A stretch of DNA of 64,000 nt, taken from contig JBGAHS010000004.1 of NCBI GenBank assembly GCA_044226015.1, positions 416,001 to 480,000 of the forward strand, in the 5' to 3' direction. Each line of letters begins with the position of its first letter. Position 1 is the stretch's first letter. The notes under the pieces are model-generated. The model was given only the letters and a program-made list of their open reading frames with translations. It was not told where the DNA came from and ran no database searches. The position numbers were made by a program, and so were the translations under genes. Origin of the DNA: Candidatus Obscuribacteraceae bacterium. Lineage in GTDB: Bacteria; Cyanobacteriota; Vampirovibrionia; Obscuribacterales; Obscuribacteraceae. Of this stretch, positions 32,004 through 42,314 are shown piece by piece.

Positions 32004-33968
32004 ATGCTTGGGCACCCGACAATGCCAATGAATGCAGTCGATTTTGAAAAACTTGTTGCAGACCTGGAATCGTTTGCGAAGCTAAAGCCGTTTCAGTACA
32101 AACTGCGTGTTGCTGCACTGGCTTTGCTGGCTTATGTTTTCATCGCGATGACGATTGCTTTTGTTGCCGGGCTGATTTACTGCTGTTTAACCCTCATCGC
32201 GGTGGCGACCAATATTCCCCTCTTTTTTCAGATTGGTGGACTGCACAGCGGAATCATCTTGCTGTACTTCGTATTATTTGGCGTTTGCAAATCATTCTTT
32301 GTACGCTTTCGCCCACCTAAAGGTGTGCTCGTCTCTGCTAGTGACTCCCCGAAAATTTTCGAGCTTGTGAATGATTTGCGAGAACAATTAGAATGCCCAA
32401 AAATTGATGGTGTCTATTTGAACGCTGATTTCAATGCATCAGTTTATTCGTTGCCGGAAATGGGCTTTTTGCCTAACCACAAACATTATCTTTGTGTGGG
32501 ATTGCCTTTGATGCAATCGCTATCGCCGGAACACTTCCGTGCGGTGGTGGCACATGAACTGGGTCATCTTTCTGGGAACCATGGAAAATTTGCTTCGTGG
32601 ATTTATAGTGTTCGATCGAACACGGCGCAGATTCTAGAACTAGTAAGAAAGCGCTCAGCTATCGGTGGGTTTCTCTTAAAACATTTCTTCGAGTGGTATT
32701 ATCCATATTTCAATGCTTACAGCATGGTGCTTGTGCGACAGCATGAATATGAGGCAGATAAGTGCGCCGCCGAAATAGCGGGAGCAAAAGAAGCGGCGCT
32801 TAGTTTGATCAACTGTGAAATAAAGAATCGATATATCGACATTAGATATTGGAAGGAACTGTTTAAGAGAGTAGACGATACTCCGATACCGCCGGTAACA
32901 CCGTTTCATGATCTTTCTGAAGTGATGAGCAATTCAGATATGGACCCTGATGCGTTTCGCTGGTATCAAGAAGCATTGTTGAAAAGCACAGGCGCTGAGC
33001 AAACACATCCATCTCTTAAAGATAGAATTGCTGCTATATCCACGCTTGAAGATGCTTGTTTTGAGTCTGATTTCACAGAGGACGATCTGCGACTTGCCTG
33101 GGGGCTCAAGCGAAGTGCTGCCGAAGAATTTCTGCAAAGTAATTTGCCAGACTATGAAAAAAGAATGGACCTGGCCTGGCATAAAGCTTACGACGCTAAT
33201 TGGCGGTTTCTTTATGACGAGAGAGTCGAAGGAAAAGAGCAGTTGCAGCGATATGAAACGACTATGATGAAACGCGAACTCACGGAGGATGAGCTGCTTC
33301 ACAGGGCGCAGCTTTTTGTTCAGCTACGACCTGCGCGTGAATCGATTGTAATACTTCAAGAAACGCTAAAAATTATGCCAGACAATGTGCAGCTAAACTA
33401 CAACCTCGGCGAACGGCTTCTGGCTAATGGCGAACTCTCTGGAATTCAGCTTCTCGAAAAGGTCATTGAAATGCGTCCCATTTATGGTCTTGAGTTGAGT
33501 GAGATGATCTACCAGCATTTGCTTGACCTTGGTGAAAGTAAAAAAGCCCAAGCTTACTTTGAAAAGTTGATGATTTACAAAACTGATCTACACGTAGCAG
33601 CCCGAGAGCGTGCTGGTCTAAAGTCAACAGATAGTTTTATCGCTCACGCTATGGCGGTGCGTGATTTGAGAGCAATCGTAAAAGCAGTTGAGAAAGTACC
33701 TGAAATCTCCTGCGTCTATCTCGTTTGTAAACAAGTAAAGACTATGACAGAGCGTCCTTTCTACATAGTTGTGTTAGACATCAGATTTCAGTGGTTCAGA
33801 TTGATGGACCATGACGAAAAAAGAGCTATAGTGCGCTCCATAAGTAAAGCCGTAGCCTTACCTAGCGAGGGGTATGTAATAGACCTTGCCAGGGCGCCAC
33901 GATCTTTGAAGAAATCACTACATTCGATACCAAATGCAGTTATCTATAAGCGCGGACAATCCTCATAA
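32004..33968 (+). CDS. M48 (HtpX/Ste24-like) membrane metallopeptidase with TPR-like C-terminus
   Basis: FNA, AHELGH, HEYEAD, THPSLKDRI; N-terminal TM segments. Confidence 0.88.
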   Translation: MLGHPTMPMNAVDFEKLVADLESFAKLKPFQYKLRVAALALLAYVFIAMTIAFVAGLIYCCLTLIAVATNIPLFFQIGGLHSGIILLYFVLFGVCKSFFVRFRPPKGVLVSASDSPKIFELVNDLREQLECPKIDGVYLNADFNASVYSLPEMGFLPNHKHYLCVGLPLMQSLSPEHFRAVVAHELGHLSGNHGKFASWIYSVRSNTAQILELVRKRSAIGGFLLKHFFEWYYPYFNAYSMVLVRQHEYEADKCAAEIAGAKEAALSLINCEIKNRYIDIRYWKELFKRVDDTPIPPVTPFHDLSEVMSNSDMDPDAFRWYQEALLKSTGAEQTHPSLKDRIAAISTLEDACFESDFTEDDLRLAWGLKRSAAEEFLQSNLPDYEKRMDLAWHKAYDANWRFLYDERVEGKEQLQRYETTMMKRELTEDELLHRAQLFVQLRPARESIVILQETLKIMPDNVQLNYNLGERLLANGELSGIQLLEKVIEMRPIYGLELSEMIYQHLLDLGESKKAQAYFEKLMIYKTDLHVAARERAGLKSTDSFIAHAMAVRDLRAIVKAVEKVPEISCVYLVCKQVKTMTERPFYIVVLDIRFQWFRLMDHDEKRAIVRSISKAVALPSEGYVIDLARAPRSLKKSLHSIPNAVIYKRGQSS

Positions 33969-34778
33969 AGACTCGCTGAGGCATTGTCGATAGCCTTCGC
34001 GATAGCTCGGGTAAGCGAGTACTACGCCCAGCTCTTTTATGATGCGGCTGGCATCCACAGCACGGTTGCCTCGCAGTGTTGGGTTGACTTCACTGAGTGG
34101 AACCGAGGGTGGAAGCGGAATCTGCATCTCTGCGCACAACCAGTTTGCGACCTCTGCAAGGCTGCACGGACTTTCATCACCCACGACGTATGTGCTGTCT
34201 TGCATTTTTCCTTTATCGAAAATTGCCAAAATTATCTCAGCCAGGTCATCGATATGAATGCGCGAGACCGAGTTCGAGCCGTCTTCTGGAAGCTTGTACG
34301 TTCCATCTCTTAAGCGCTTGTGCATTCCTGAATTAGGTCCATAAATTCCCGGGGCACGCAATACTATAGCTCCGTGTTCTCTCCAGATGCTTTCGGCTTC
34401 CAGTCTGGGTCGTGCTCTTTCGTCACTACTGTCAGCTTCAGTTTCATCATCTATTCTGCCTGATTTTTTTCCGTATACGCTGGTGCTCGAAATATAGATA
34501 AGATTTCTCGCGCCACTGCATGCGGGTGCAAGAATTTTGTCGGTAAAACCATCGGGTGGAAAAGAAACCAGCATATCTGCATCTTCTGCTAAGCTAGCAA
34601 CAATTTCTGCCGACGGCAACGGCATAATCAATGGCTCAATCTTCAAGTCGGCCAGTTCGAAGATTCTATTTGGATTTCTTGTGCTTGCAGTGATGCGTCG
34701 TCCGTCACGAGCATGTTCCATCACGGCTTTGCCGACCTGTCCCGTTCCCAACAAAAATAAATGATTAGAGTGAGCCAT
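33963..34778 (-). CDS. atypical NAD(P)-dependent SDR/epimerase (YeeZ-like)
   Basis: LLGTGQVG, YISSTSVYG, RAPGIYGP, SRIHIDD, YPSYREG. Confidence 0.85.
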   Translation of the reverse strand: MAHSNHLFLLGTGQVGKAVMEHARDGRRITASTRNPNRIFELADLKIEPLIMPLPSAEIVASLAEDADMLVSFPPDGFTDKILAPACSGARNLIYISSTSVYGKKSGRIDDETEADSSDERARPRLEAESIWREHGAIVLRAPGIYGPNSGMHKRLRDGTYKLPEDGSNSVSRIHIDDLAEIILAIFDKGKMQDSTYVVGDESPCSLAEVANWLCAEMQIPLPPSVPLSEVNPTLRGNRAVDASRIIKELGVVLAYPSYREGYRQCLSESL

Positions 34779-34858
34779 CTTTTTGATCCATTTCTTTTGA
34801 ACCATTCTGTTATCGCTGAAAACTATTATACTTGCGGAGTGTCCTGAGATTTCAAATC

Positions 34859-35338
34859 ATGAAATACACTATAAAGCGTCAAGACTTTGCCCCTGGAGCA
34901 ACTCTAGAGATAGAGCGGGCACCGCTTTCCGGCAAAGTCAAAGTTCGCATGGGTGGTGAGGAGCTTCCAGTTCTTAAAGAAAAAGGACATCCATTCGATG
35001 TGACAATGAAAGACCGCAGTCATCGCAAACTTTATATCAAAGCTCGCTGGCTAGACCCCGTTCCTATGATTATGCTCGACACTGAAGAGATTTTGCTTGC
35101 AGAAAAACTTCGCTGGATTGACTATCTGTTCGGGTGTTTCCCTGCTTTGATGTTTCTTGTATATGGTGCGCTGCCTACAATCATCGCCTTCTTTATGTTG
35201 ATGGCTAACTTCCGTATTCTTCGAACAAAAATGCGCCCCACAATCAAATGGAGCGCAATTTATGCACTTGATATTGTGCTTTTCTGGATTGTTGCTCTAA
35301 TCGTGAAGTTCGTTTGGAACTTCAGTCCAGGGCATTAG
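34859..35338 (+). CDS. hypothetical membrane protein
   Basis: Soluble N-terminal domain and 2-3 C-terminal TM segments; likely start 34859 (track start 34832). Confidence 0.65.
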   Translation: MKYTIKRQDFAPGATLEIERAPLSGKVKVRMGGEELPVLKEKGHPFDVTMKDRSHRKLYIKARWLDPVPMIMLDTEEILLAEKLRWIDYLFGCFPALMFLVYGALPTIIAFFMLMANFRILRTKMRPTIKWSAIYALDIVLFWIVALIVKFVWNFSPGH

Positions 35339-35806
35339 TTATTGGAACTTGAGCAACTGCACGTCAAACACCAGCGTGGAGTTTGGTGGAATATCTGGCG
35401 TGGGGCTTCTTTCGCCATAAGCCATGTTGGCCGGAATAACAAGGCGACGCTTGCCACCAACTTTCATCGTAGACACGCCTTCATCCCAGCCGGCGATGAC
35501 TTGATGCGCACCGAGTGTGAAATCAAACGGTTGCTTGCGATCAAGAGAGCTGTCGAATTTGTGCTTATTCAGTGTCCATCCTGTGTAATGAACATAGACT
35601 TGCGAACCAGGACCCGGCGATGGACCCTTGCCTGTCTCAATATCGTAGTACTGCAAGCCGCTTGCTGTCTTAACTACTTTGTTTTGTCCTTCCAGAGGGT
35701 TCGCATTCCATTGTGAAAATGCGGGCGCAGCGCTTAGCGCTAGCCCTGAAAGTAAAGCGAGCGAGAGTACATTTCGGAAGAAAGAATTTTGCATGTATTT
35801 TTTCAC
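35339..35806 (-). CDS. secreted FKBP-type peptidyl-prolyl isomerase
   Basis: Signal peptide; VHYTG, FDSS, VIAGWDEGV, GGKRRLVIP, IPPNSTLVFDVQL. Confidence 0.95.
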   Translation of the reverse strand: MKKYMQNSFFRNVLSLALLSGLALSAAPAFSQWNANPLEGQNKVVKTASGLQYYDIETGKGPSPGPGSQVYVHYTGWTLNKHKFDSSLDRKQPFDFTLGAHQVIAGWDEGVSTMKVGGKRRLVIPANMAYGERSPTPDIPPNSTLVFDVQLLKFQ

Positions 35807-35969
35807 CCTGTGTTAACGAGAGTAATTATAGATCTTGACTCCTGCAAATGTCGCAAGCGATGACACTTGTTATCGACTGCTGAAAAAACGCGCTGATGGT
35901 TGAATTGTCGAGAGCGACGAAAACGCCCTGACAGTGTATGCTTTCACTCTCCGGAGGTTTACCCCAAAA

Positions 35970-36560
35970 ATGATTCGCTTACTGGTTGTTGATGACCATA
36001 TTCCTGCTAGAGAAAAGGCCGTTGCAGACCTGTCTTCAGGTGATTTGATCGAAATTATCGGTGAGGCTGAAACCTCGGATGAAGCATTCAAGCTGGCTAA
36101 AGCACTTTTGCCAGATATCGTCTTGCTTGATCTTCATTTGCCTGGGTTGATCACAACCTTTGACCTGGTGAAGCGCTTATCGCAGTTGAAAAATGTGCGC
36201 ATAGTTATGTATGCCAGTCAGGGTAAAGCTTCCGAAGTGCAAGATTATTTAGATGCCGGGGCCCAAGCCTATGTTCTAAAGGATGATGCGCCTGCACTTC
36301 TGAGAATGTCGATTCTAATGGTCTATCGGGGCTCTCAAGGTGTCGTTTCGCCTGCTCTACCGAAAAATCTGTTGCGCCTGAGTGCTCAAGAACGCAACAT
36401 TTTGCGCGAAATCGGGCGTCGTGGTGGTGTGCCTAAAGCAGCCGAGCGAATGGGGCTGACCGAATATGACTTAAATCAAATTCTTTTTCATATTGGAAGC
36501 AAGTTAGAAATTGAAGAAGTCGACAAACTTGCAAAATGGTCCAAAAAGAACGGATTCTAA
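35970..36560 (+). CDS. NarL-family response regulator with divergent LuxR HTH
   Basis: LVVDDH, PDIVLLDL, GAQAYVLKD; LSAQERNIL HTH-like region. Confidence 0.85.
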   Translation: MIRLLVVDDHIPAREKAVADLSSGDLIEIIGEAETSDEAFKLAKALLPDIVLLDLHLPGLITTFDLVKRLSQLKNVRIVMYASQGKASEVQDYLDAGAQAYVLKDDAPALLRMSILMVYRGSQGVVSPALPKNLLRLSAQERNILREIGRRGGVPKAAERMGLTEYDLNQILFHIGSKLEIEEVDKLAKWSKKNGF

Positions 36561-36722
36561 GTATTTCGAGCGATTGAGTTTGCCTTACATTAAGAGAAAC
36601 TAGGCAGATGTTCTGCTTGACAATTCGCTTGCTTGAATTTTGTTCAGGTCTGGCACTGCTTTGCAAGTTATAATTCCGAATCTTGTCAAGAAACTGCAAG
36701 TGTTTCTGGCGCGGGGATTCGA

Positions 36723-37940
36723 ATGCTTTTGAAGTCCGTAATCAATATATTCAAGTCGGGACCATTAGCCTGGGCGCTTTTGGTTTTTTTCGGTCTCAAT
36801 TTTGCTTTCCTGGCCTGGAACCCCTTCGGAAGCGTGGACCCTGATGCTCTTCCCATAGCGCGTAATTGGGTCTGGTGGGCTACGCACGAATTCATGGATG
36901 CGAAGAAGCCACCACAGGTAGTGGTGCTAGGCTCTTCGGTAGTAATGCATCCTCTCTGGCACCATGAGGCGGATTACCGTCAGCAAACAGTTGACCTGGT
37001 GGCAGATCACCGCAGTTTATTTCTTGAGAGTGTCATAGAGAAGAATAGTCCAGTCAAAAAAGTCGAGTGTTTCAACTTCGGACTTCCTGGAGCTATGGCA
37101 TCAGATGATTACATGGTGGTGAGAGCTTTGTTCAAGAATGAACAGAAGCCCGCGGTTGTTGTCCTGGGAATTTGTCCTCGCGACATGATAGACAATCGCT
37201 TCAATTGCGCCGGTTCGTCCAAGCATTTCCAATATCTTTCGCGGTTCAGTGAGCCGAAAGAATTGCTCGATTTGTCGATGCCGCAGTGGTGGCAGCGAGT
37301 TGGATATCTTGCTACAGAGTCAGTCTATTTCGCTTCTAAAGCTAGTTCTGCGCAGGTCTTCGCTGCCGAAGCGATAAAGAAAGCGTTCGAACCGATCACA
37401 TCAAAGATGCAGCCGAGTCCGCTAGACCGCAAATCAGAAGAAGACAAACGCTTTGCGATGTTCCAAAATCTTGTGGAAAAAGGCTTCTGGATTGCCAAGC
37501 CAAACGCGCCTTTCATGTTCATGGCTGATACCGCAGACCTGAAAAAGCGATTTAAGAATAAGAACAATCCGTTGTTTGAAAATCAGAAAAAATGGCTTGA
37601 TCTGTGCCTTGAATTGTGCGACCAGAAGGGCATCAGAGTGGTGCTGGTTAACATGCCCAACACTCAGATTGCCAGAGGCGTCATGCCGCCCGGGGTCTAC
37701 GAGCGCCATGTTGCCTGCTTGCAGGAACTCGCGCAAAAGCATAACTGCCAATATGTTGATGCTGATGTGCCAAATCGATATGGCGATAAGGATTTTACAG
37801 ATTGGTGTCATCTCAGTGCTGATGGTGGCAAAAAGGCTTTCGAGTTAATAGGTGCGGCGCTCTCTTCTGACTCGCAGACTGTTGCCAGCCTTGAGCAGCA
37901 CAGTAATCAAATAGCTCAGAAAGAGCTGAAAGGAATGTAG
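36723..37940 (+). CDS. SGNH-like O-acyltransferase partner (AlgJ/DltD/DUF1574-like)
   Basis: N-terminal TM; LGSS nucleophile, FNFGLPGA, DWCH (DxxH); adjacent MBOAT gene. Confidence 0.75.
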   Translation: MLLKSVINIFKSGPLAWALLVFFGLNFAFLAWNPFGSVDPDALPIARNWVWWATHEFMDAKKPPQVVVLGSSVVMHPLWHHEADYRQQTVDLVADHRSLFLESVIEKNSPVKKVECFNFGLPGAMASDDYMVVRALFKNEQKPAVVVLGICPRDMIDNRFNCAGSSKHFQYLSRFSEPKELLDLSMPQWWQRVGYLATESVYFASKASSAQVFAAEAIKKAFEPITSKMQPSPLDRKSEEDKRFAMFQNLVEKGFWIAKPNAPFMFMADTADLKKRFKNKNNPLFENQKKWLDLCLELCDQKGIRVVLVNMPNTQIARGVMPPGVYERHVACLQELAQKHNCQYVDADVPNRYGDKDFTDWCHLSADGGKKAFELIGAALSSDSQTVASLEQHSNQIAQKELKGM

Positions 37941-37949
37941 GGGGAAAAG

Positions 37950-39413
37950 ATGTTATTTAACAGTTTCACCTACATGGTCTTCCTGCCGATAGTCGTGCTT
38001 CTTTATTGGGTCGTGCCTAAAAAAGCTCGAACAGCGCTTTTGTTGTTAGCAAGTTATGTCTTCTACATGTTCTGGAAGCCCATATACGGCTTGTTGATAC
38101 TTGCTCTTACTGTGACTAATTACGGACTGGGCATATGGCTTGATAAAGCACAGAGCAACAGAAAGTTGATTCTTGTTCTGGGAATTACTTTCAATTTGTT
38201 GGTATTGGGATTCTTCAAGTATGCCTATTTTGCTCGAGATTCAGTTAACTGGATGCTGAAGCTTGGTGGACCCACTGCTGCTCAGTTGCCGAATTTCCCG
38301 TTCGAAATTATTTTGCCTCTGGGTATTTCATTCTTTGCGTTCGAATTTATTCACTACATCGCAGATGTCTATAAAGGTACACCTGCTGTTCGTAAGTTTA
38401 TGGAGTTTGCGCTTTTTCCGAGTTTCTTCCCAACGCAAATCGCTGGACCAATCAAACGCTTTCAAGATTTTGTTCCTCAGTTGACTCATGACACGAAATT
38501 CAAAATGGAATATTTGAATGAAGGTGTTGAGCTGGTGCTATTCGGACTTTTCAAGAAAGTCTGTCTTGCCGATAACATCGCCATCGTTGTGAATCGCTGC
38601 TATGCGCACCCAGAAATACTCAGTGCCGCCGATATGTGGCTTGCTACATGGGCGTTCTTCTTTGAAGTGTATTTTGACTTCTCTGGCTACACGGATGTTG
38701 CTCGTGGTTCTGCAATGATGATGGGATTCAAGGTGCCAATCAACTTTGATATGCCGATGCTGGCTTCCTCTATTGCTGATTTCTGGCGTCGTTGGCACAT
38801 CTCACTGTCTACATGGTTACGTGATTACCTGTTCATTCCACTAGGCGGAAGCAAAAAAGGCGAGTGGATTACTCAGCGCAATGCGCTTATCACGATGACG
38901 ATAGCTGGACTCTGGCATGGTGCCAGCATGAATTACGTTAGCTGGGGTCTTTATCTTGGTTTGCTCATAGTTGTTCATCGCGAATGGCAGAAGTTCTACA
39001 AAGGCGTTGAATGGCTGAAGAATATTGTGGCAAGCAAGATGTTCCATGTCTTAGCCATTGCTCTCACCTTCAATTCCTTCAGCTTCGGACTGGTTCTTTT
39101 CCGTTCAAAGGATATGGAAATGGCTTGGTCGGTCATGCGCAAGATGTTGTTGCTTGATCCTTCTCCTGTTGGAACTGTGCCCTGGATTCCCAGCACATTG
39201 AACACTTCTAGTTCTGTGATGTTCTTATTGCTGCCGTTTATGCTTGTTTCTTTCTTGATTGCTCAGATTATCGTGCAAAAGTTCAAAGAAACGCCTGGCA
39301 TAATGCCGAACTTCTTTCCCGGATTTAAGCCTGTCTATTTGGCTGCACTTGCAATAATACTGCTGCTGGTGGCACCCGGCGTTACTGCTCAATACATTTA
39401 CTTCCAGTTCTAA
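37950..39413 (+). CDS. MBOAT O-acyltransferase (AlgI/DltB-like)
   Basis: MLFNS, FKY, LPLGISFF, AGPI, DFSGYTD, FWRRWHISLSTW, GLWHGA, YIYFQF. Confidence 0.93.
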   Translation: MLFNSFTYMVFLPIVVLLYWVVPKKARTALLLLASYVFYMFWKPIYGLLILALTVTNYGLGIWLDKAQSNRKLILVLGITFNLLVLGFFKYAYFARDSVNWMLKLGGPTAAQLPNFPFEIILPLGISFFAFEFIHYIADVYKGTPAVRKFMEFALFPSFFPTQIAGPIKRFQDFVPQLTHDTKFKMEYLNEGVELVLFGLFKKVCLADNIAIVVNRCYAHPEILSAADMWLATWAFFFEVYFDFSGYTDVARGSAMMMGFKVPINFDMPMLASSIADFWRRWHISLSTWLRDYLFIPLGGSKKGEWITQRNALITMTIAGLWHGASMNYVSWGLYLGLLIVVHREWQKFYKGVEWLKNIVASKMFHVLAIALTFNSFSFGLVLFRSKDMEMAWSVMRKMLLLDPSPVGTVPWIPSTLNTSSSVMFLLLPFMLVSFLIAQIIVQKFKETPGIMPNFFPGFKPVYLAALAIILLLVAPGVTAQYIYFQF

Positions 39414-39449
39414 CTTTTTGCCAGCATGCTAATTCAATGCTTTGCGGTG

Positions 39450-40868
39450 CTAGCGTGCGACCTGCTGCCGGTCGGTTTCTTCGCAGAGAATATCAAAATT
39501 TCGTTTTAACTTCTCTATTGATACCGTGGAAATGCCTCTTGGGTTGTTGATGCCTTTGTTGCCAGGGTCGCGTACGGTGACCAACAAATTATTGAGTTTG
39601 TCTTTGCTAACTCCTATCACGCTGAATGCGTGTCCGGGCTTATATCCGTCAGCAGTTTTATTATTGCCATTAGGCGAGCCAAGTACAATAATTCGATTTT
39701 CATTAGCTGCTTTCACGATTGTATTTTCCAGCTCTTTGTTCGAAAGTTCTTTAGTCAGTACAGTTTTTGCATCATGCCCTGTGAGAGTTTCCATTGCCTT
39801 GCTTATTGAGCCGTCCTCACCTGCCCACTGAGCTCGGGTGAGCTTCTCCATCTTCATTTTCTCAATTGGATTCGCCTTGCTGAACACATACTGGCCATAG
39901 GCTTTCGTCATGACAAAAGACCAGTTGCCAAATTTGTTTTTTTCGGAAAAGTAAAGTCCTAACTCATAACTAGAGGGCGCCGTAAGCGCAATTCCCTTCT
40001 CTAAAACTGGAAATTGAATTTGCATTTGGCTGCCGTCTTTCTTAATCATAGAAAGTACGTCTTGGGGTCGAGCTTTGGTTAAAGAACCAAGAGCTGCGTA
40101 GAAGGAGCAATCACCCGCATACCCTTGCTCAACAGCATCTAGCTGAATGCTTTTGGCAGGGTCTCTTTCGAAGGAGAAGAGTTTGTGAGCCGTCAGATTA
40201 CTTTGATTGGCTTCTATGGCTCTGAGACTATGATAAAACTTTGCCATGTTCGAGTATCCGGGAGCGGTTTGTTTCAATGTCCAATATTGATCAATTTCAC
40301 TTCTTCCAATCTTTCCATTTCTAGCAATACTTGCAAAGTTTGCTTTTAGCTCTGCTAATCTTGCTAGATCCTCCGCTGAAGATGTTTTTGACCTTAGTGC
40401 CTGGTCAACATCAGCGATTGTTGCTGCCCCGTTTTTGTCAGAAGCAATTTTTTTTAGATTGCCCTGATCATCAGCCCAGTATGTGAGTTTGTCTGCTTGT
40501 CCGAATTCCTTATCAACCCTGGCTGACTGTTCTGTAAACTTTCGAAATGCAGTATTTGTTATTTTACTAGCTACAGCTGGCAATGGAGAGGCTGATGCAA
40601 TATTGTCAAAACTTCGATATAAAGCACCAGCGACCATTTCTTGCTCTGGTGCTAGCTTTCCTTCATCTAGGGCTTTTGCTAGGGCATCTTTTGAAATGCC
40701 GTTCTGGTCGCCTCTTGATTTGATTACGCTGTCGCCGATTTTGGCTATGTCAGCCCAAAAAAGTTGCTCAATATTCTCATTGCTGTTCTTATGGTGTTTG
40801 CTGACAAACCTTACTTCCAGGGTTTGGTTCATATTCGTCGTGGGAGGTTTTAAGGCTTCAGCGTCCAT
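39450..40868 (-). CDS. calpain-like (C2) cysteine protease, copy 1
   Basis: QGYAGDCSFYAAL (Gln/Cys), TKAYG, LTG, GHAFSV (His), VRDP; degenerate EF-hand-like loops in the N-half. Confidence 0.8.
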   Translation of the reverse strand: MDAEALKPPTTNMNQTLEVRFVSKHHKNSNENIEQLFWADIAKIGDSVIKSRGDQNGISKDALAKALDEGKLAPEQEMVAGALYRSFDNIASASPLPAVASKITNTAFRKFTEQSARVDKEFGQADKLTYWADDQGNLKKIASDKNGAATIADVDQALRSKTSSAEDLARLAELKANFASIARNGKIGRSEIDQYWTLKQTAPGYSNMAKFYHSLRAIEANQSNLTAHKLFSFERDPAKSIQLDAVEQGYAGDCSFYAALGSLTKARPQDVLSMIKKDGSQMQIQFPVLEKGIALTAPSSYELGLYFSEKNKFGNWSFVMTKAYGQYVFSKANPIEKMKMEKLTRAQWAGEDGSISKAMETLTGHDAKTVLTKELSNKELENTIVKAANENRIIVLGSPNGNNKTADGYKPGHAFSVIGVSKDKLNNLLVTVRDPGNKGINNPRGISTVSIEKLKRNFDILCEETDRQQVAR

Positions 40869-40893
40869 CCTTATCTACTTGCCTCATCTAAAC

Positions 40894-42312
40894 CTAGCGT
40901 TCCACTTGTTTTTGGGTGGACTCTTCGCACACGCGGTCAAAATTCTGCATGAGTTTTGCGAGCGAAATCTTTGTCGTTCCTCTTGGGTCGTCCTTTCCCT
41001 TATTCGCTGGGTCTCTTACTGTAATAGCCAATTCGTTGTTCTTCGATGACTCAACATCAATGACGCTGAAAGCATGTGCCGGTTTAAAACCATCGACCGT
41101 AGGATTCTTACCTGTTCCTGTGCCAAGAACGACGATTCGCTTTTCATTTTTTGCCTTTAGAAGCATGTCTCTTAGCTCTGTAATGCTTAAGTTCTTGGTT
41201 GCAGTAAAATTAGCATCATGACCCGTTATTGCTACTATTGCTTTTGCAAGTGAGCCATTCTCTCCAGCCCACTCCGCCCGAGTCATTTTATCCATTTTTA
41301 TTCTGTTAATAGGATTAGTCGTATTGTATACATACTGACCAAAGGCTTTTGTAATTACGAGCGGCCAGTTTCCGTACTTGTTTTTTTCTCCTAAATACAA
41401 ACCCAATTCATAGCTGCTTGGTGCTTGAACTGGAAATGCGCTTTTGAAAATTGGAAATTTTACTTGATAGTTGCTTCCTGCCACCTTAATCATTGAGGCT
41501 ATCTCGTTTGGGCGATTTGCTGCAAGAGAGCCAAGCGCTGCTAATATCGCGCAATCACCTGCGTAACCTTGTTGAATGGCATCTGGCACTATACTCTTAG
41601 CTGGCAGCTTTGCATTTTCAAAAAGTCTATGTGCAATTGGATTTTGTTGGTTTGTTTCGATAGCGCGCATTTCTGAATAGAAGTGAGCCATATCCTTATA
41701 GTCTTGAGCGTTTTTTGCAAATTTCCAATACTGATCGATTTCTGCTTTTCCGATTTTTCCTGTTTTGGCGATACTGCTGAAATTCGCTTTGAGCTCTGCA
41801 AGCATAGCCCGGTCTTGAGCTGATGATTCTTTTGAAGCTTGTGCTCGCTCAATGTCGCTCATTGTTACAGCGTTTTTGTCGGAGGCGAGTTTCCTCAAAT
41901 TTCCCTGGTCATCGGCCCAGTAAGTTAGGTTGTCTGCTTTGACAAAGTTTTTTTCTGCAAGCAGTGCGCGCTCTGTAAATTTTCGGAATTCTCCGTCACT
42001 GACCTTTTGTTCACCTATCTGAAAACGGGAACTTTTCTGAAATATATCAAGATTGTCGTAGAGAGAACCAGCGACCATCTCTTGTTCACTGCTAAGTTTT
42101 CCGGACTCCAAGGCATAAGCTAACTTACTTTTTGTAATTCCATCTTTGTCGCCATTTTGTTTTATCAGTTTTGAGCCAATCTGGGATATATCATCCCAAA
42201 ACAATTCTGCAGTATCTTTCTTTGTAGCGCCGTGGTGCTTGCTGACAAATCGGACTTCTAGCGTTTGATTCAGATTCGCTTGCGGTGTTGAGTTAAAAGA
42301 GTCAGTATCCAT
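40894..42312 (-). CDS. calpain-like (C2) cysteine protease, copy 2 (tandem paralog)
   Basis: QGYAGDCAILAAL, TKAFG, AHAFSV, VRDP; same length (472 aa) and collinear with copy 1. Confidence 0.8.
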   Translation of the reverse strand: MDTDSFNSTPQANLNQTLEVRFVSKHHGATKKDTAELFWDDISQIGSKLIKQNGDKDGITKSKLAYALESGKLSSEQEMVAGSLYDNLDIFQKSSRFQIGEQKVSDGEFRKFTERALLAEKNFVKADNLTYWADDQGNLRKLASDKNAVTMSDIERAQASKESSAQDRAMLAELKANFSSIAKTGKIGKAEIDQYWKFAKNAQDYKDMAHFYSEMRAIETNQQNPIAHRLFENAKLPAKSIVPDAIQQGYAGDCAILAALGSLAANRPNEIASMIKVAGSNYQVKFPIFKSAFPVQAPSSYELGLYLGEKNKYGNWPLVITKAFGQYVYNTTNPINRIKMDKMTRAEWAGENGSLAKAIVAITGHDANFTATKNLSITELRDMLLKAKNEKRIVVLGTGTGKNPTVDGFKPAHAFSVIDVESSKNNELAITVRDPANKGKDDPRGTTKISLAKLMQNFDRVCEESTQKQVER

Positions 42313-42314
42313 GC

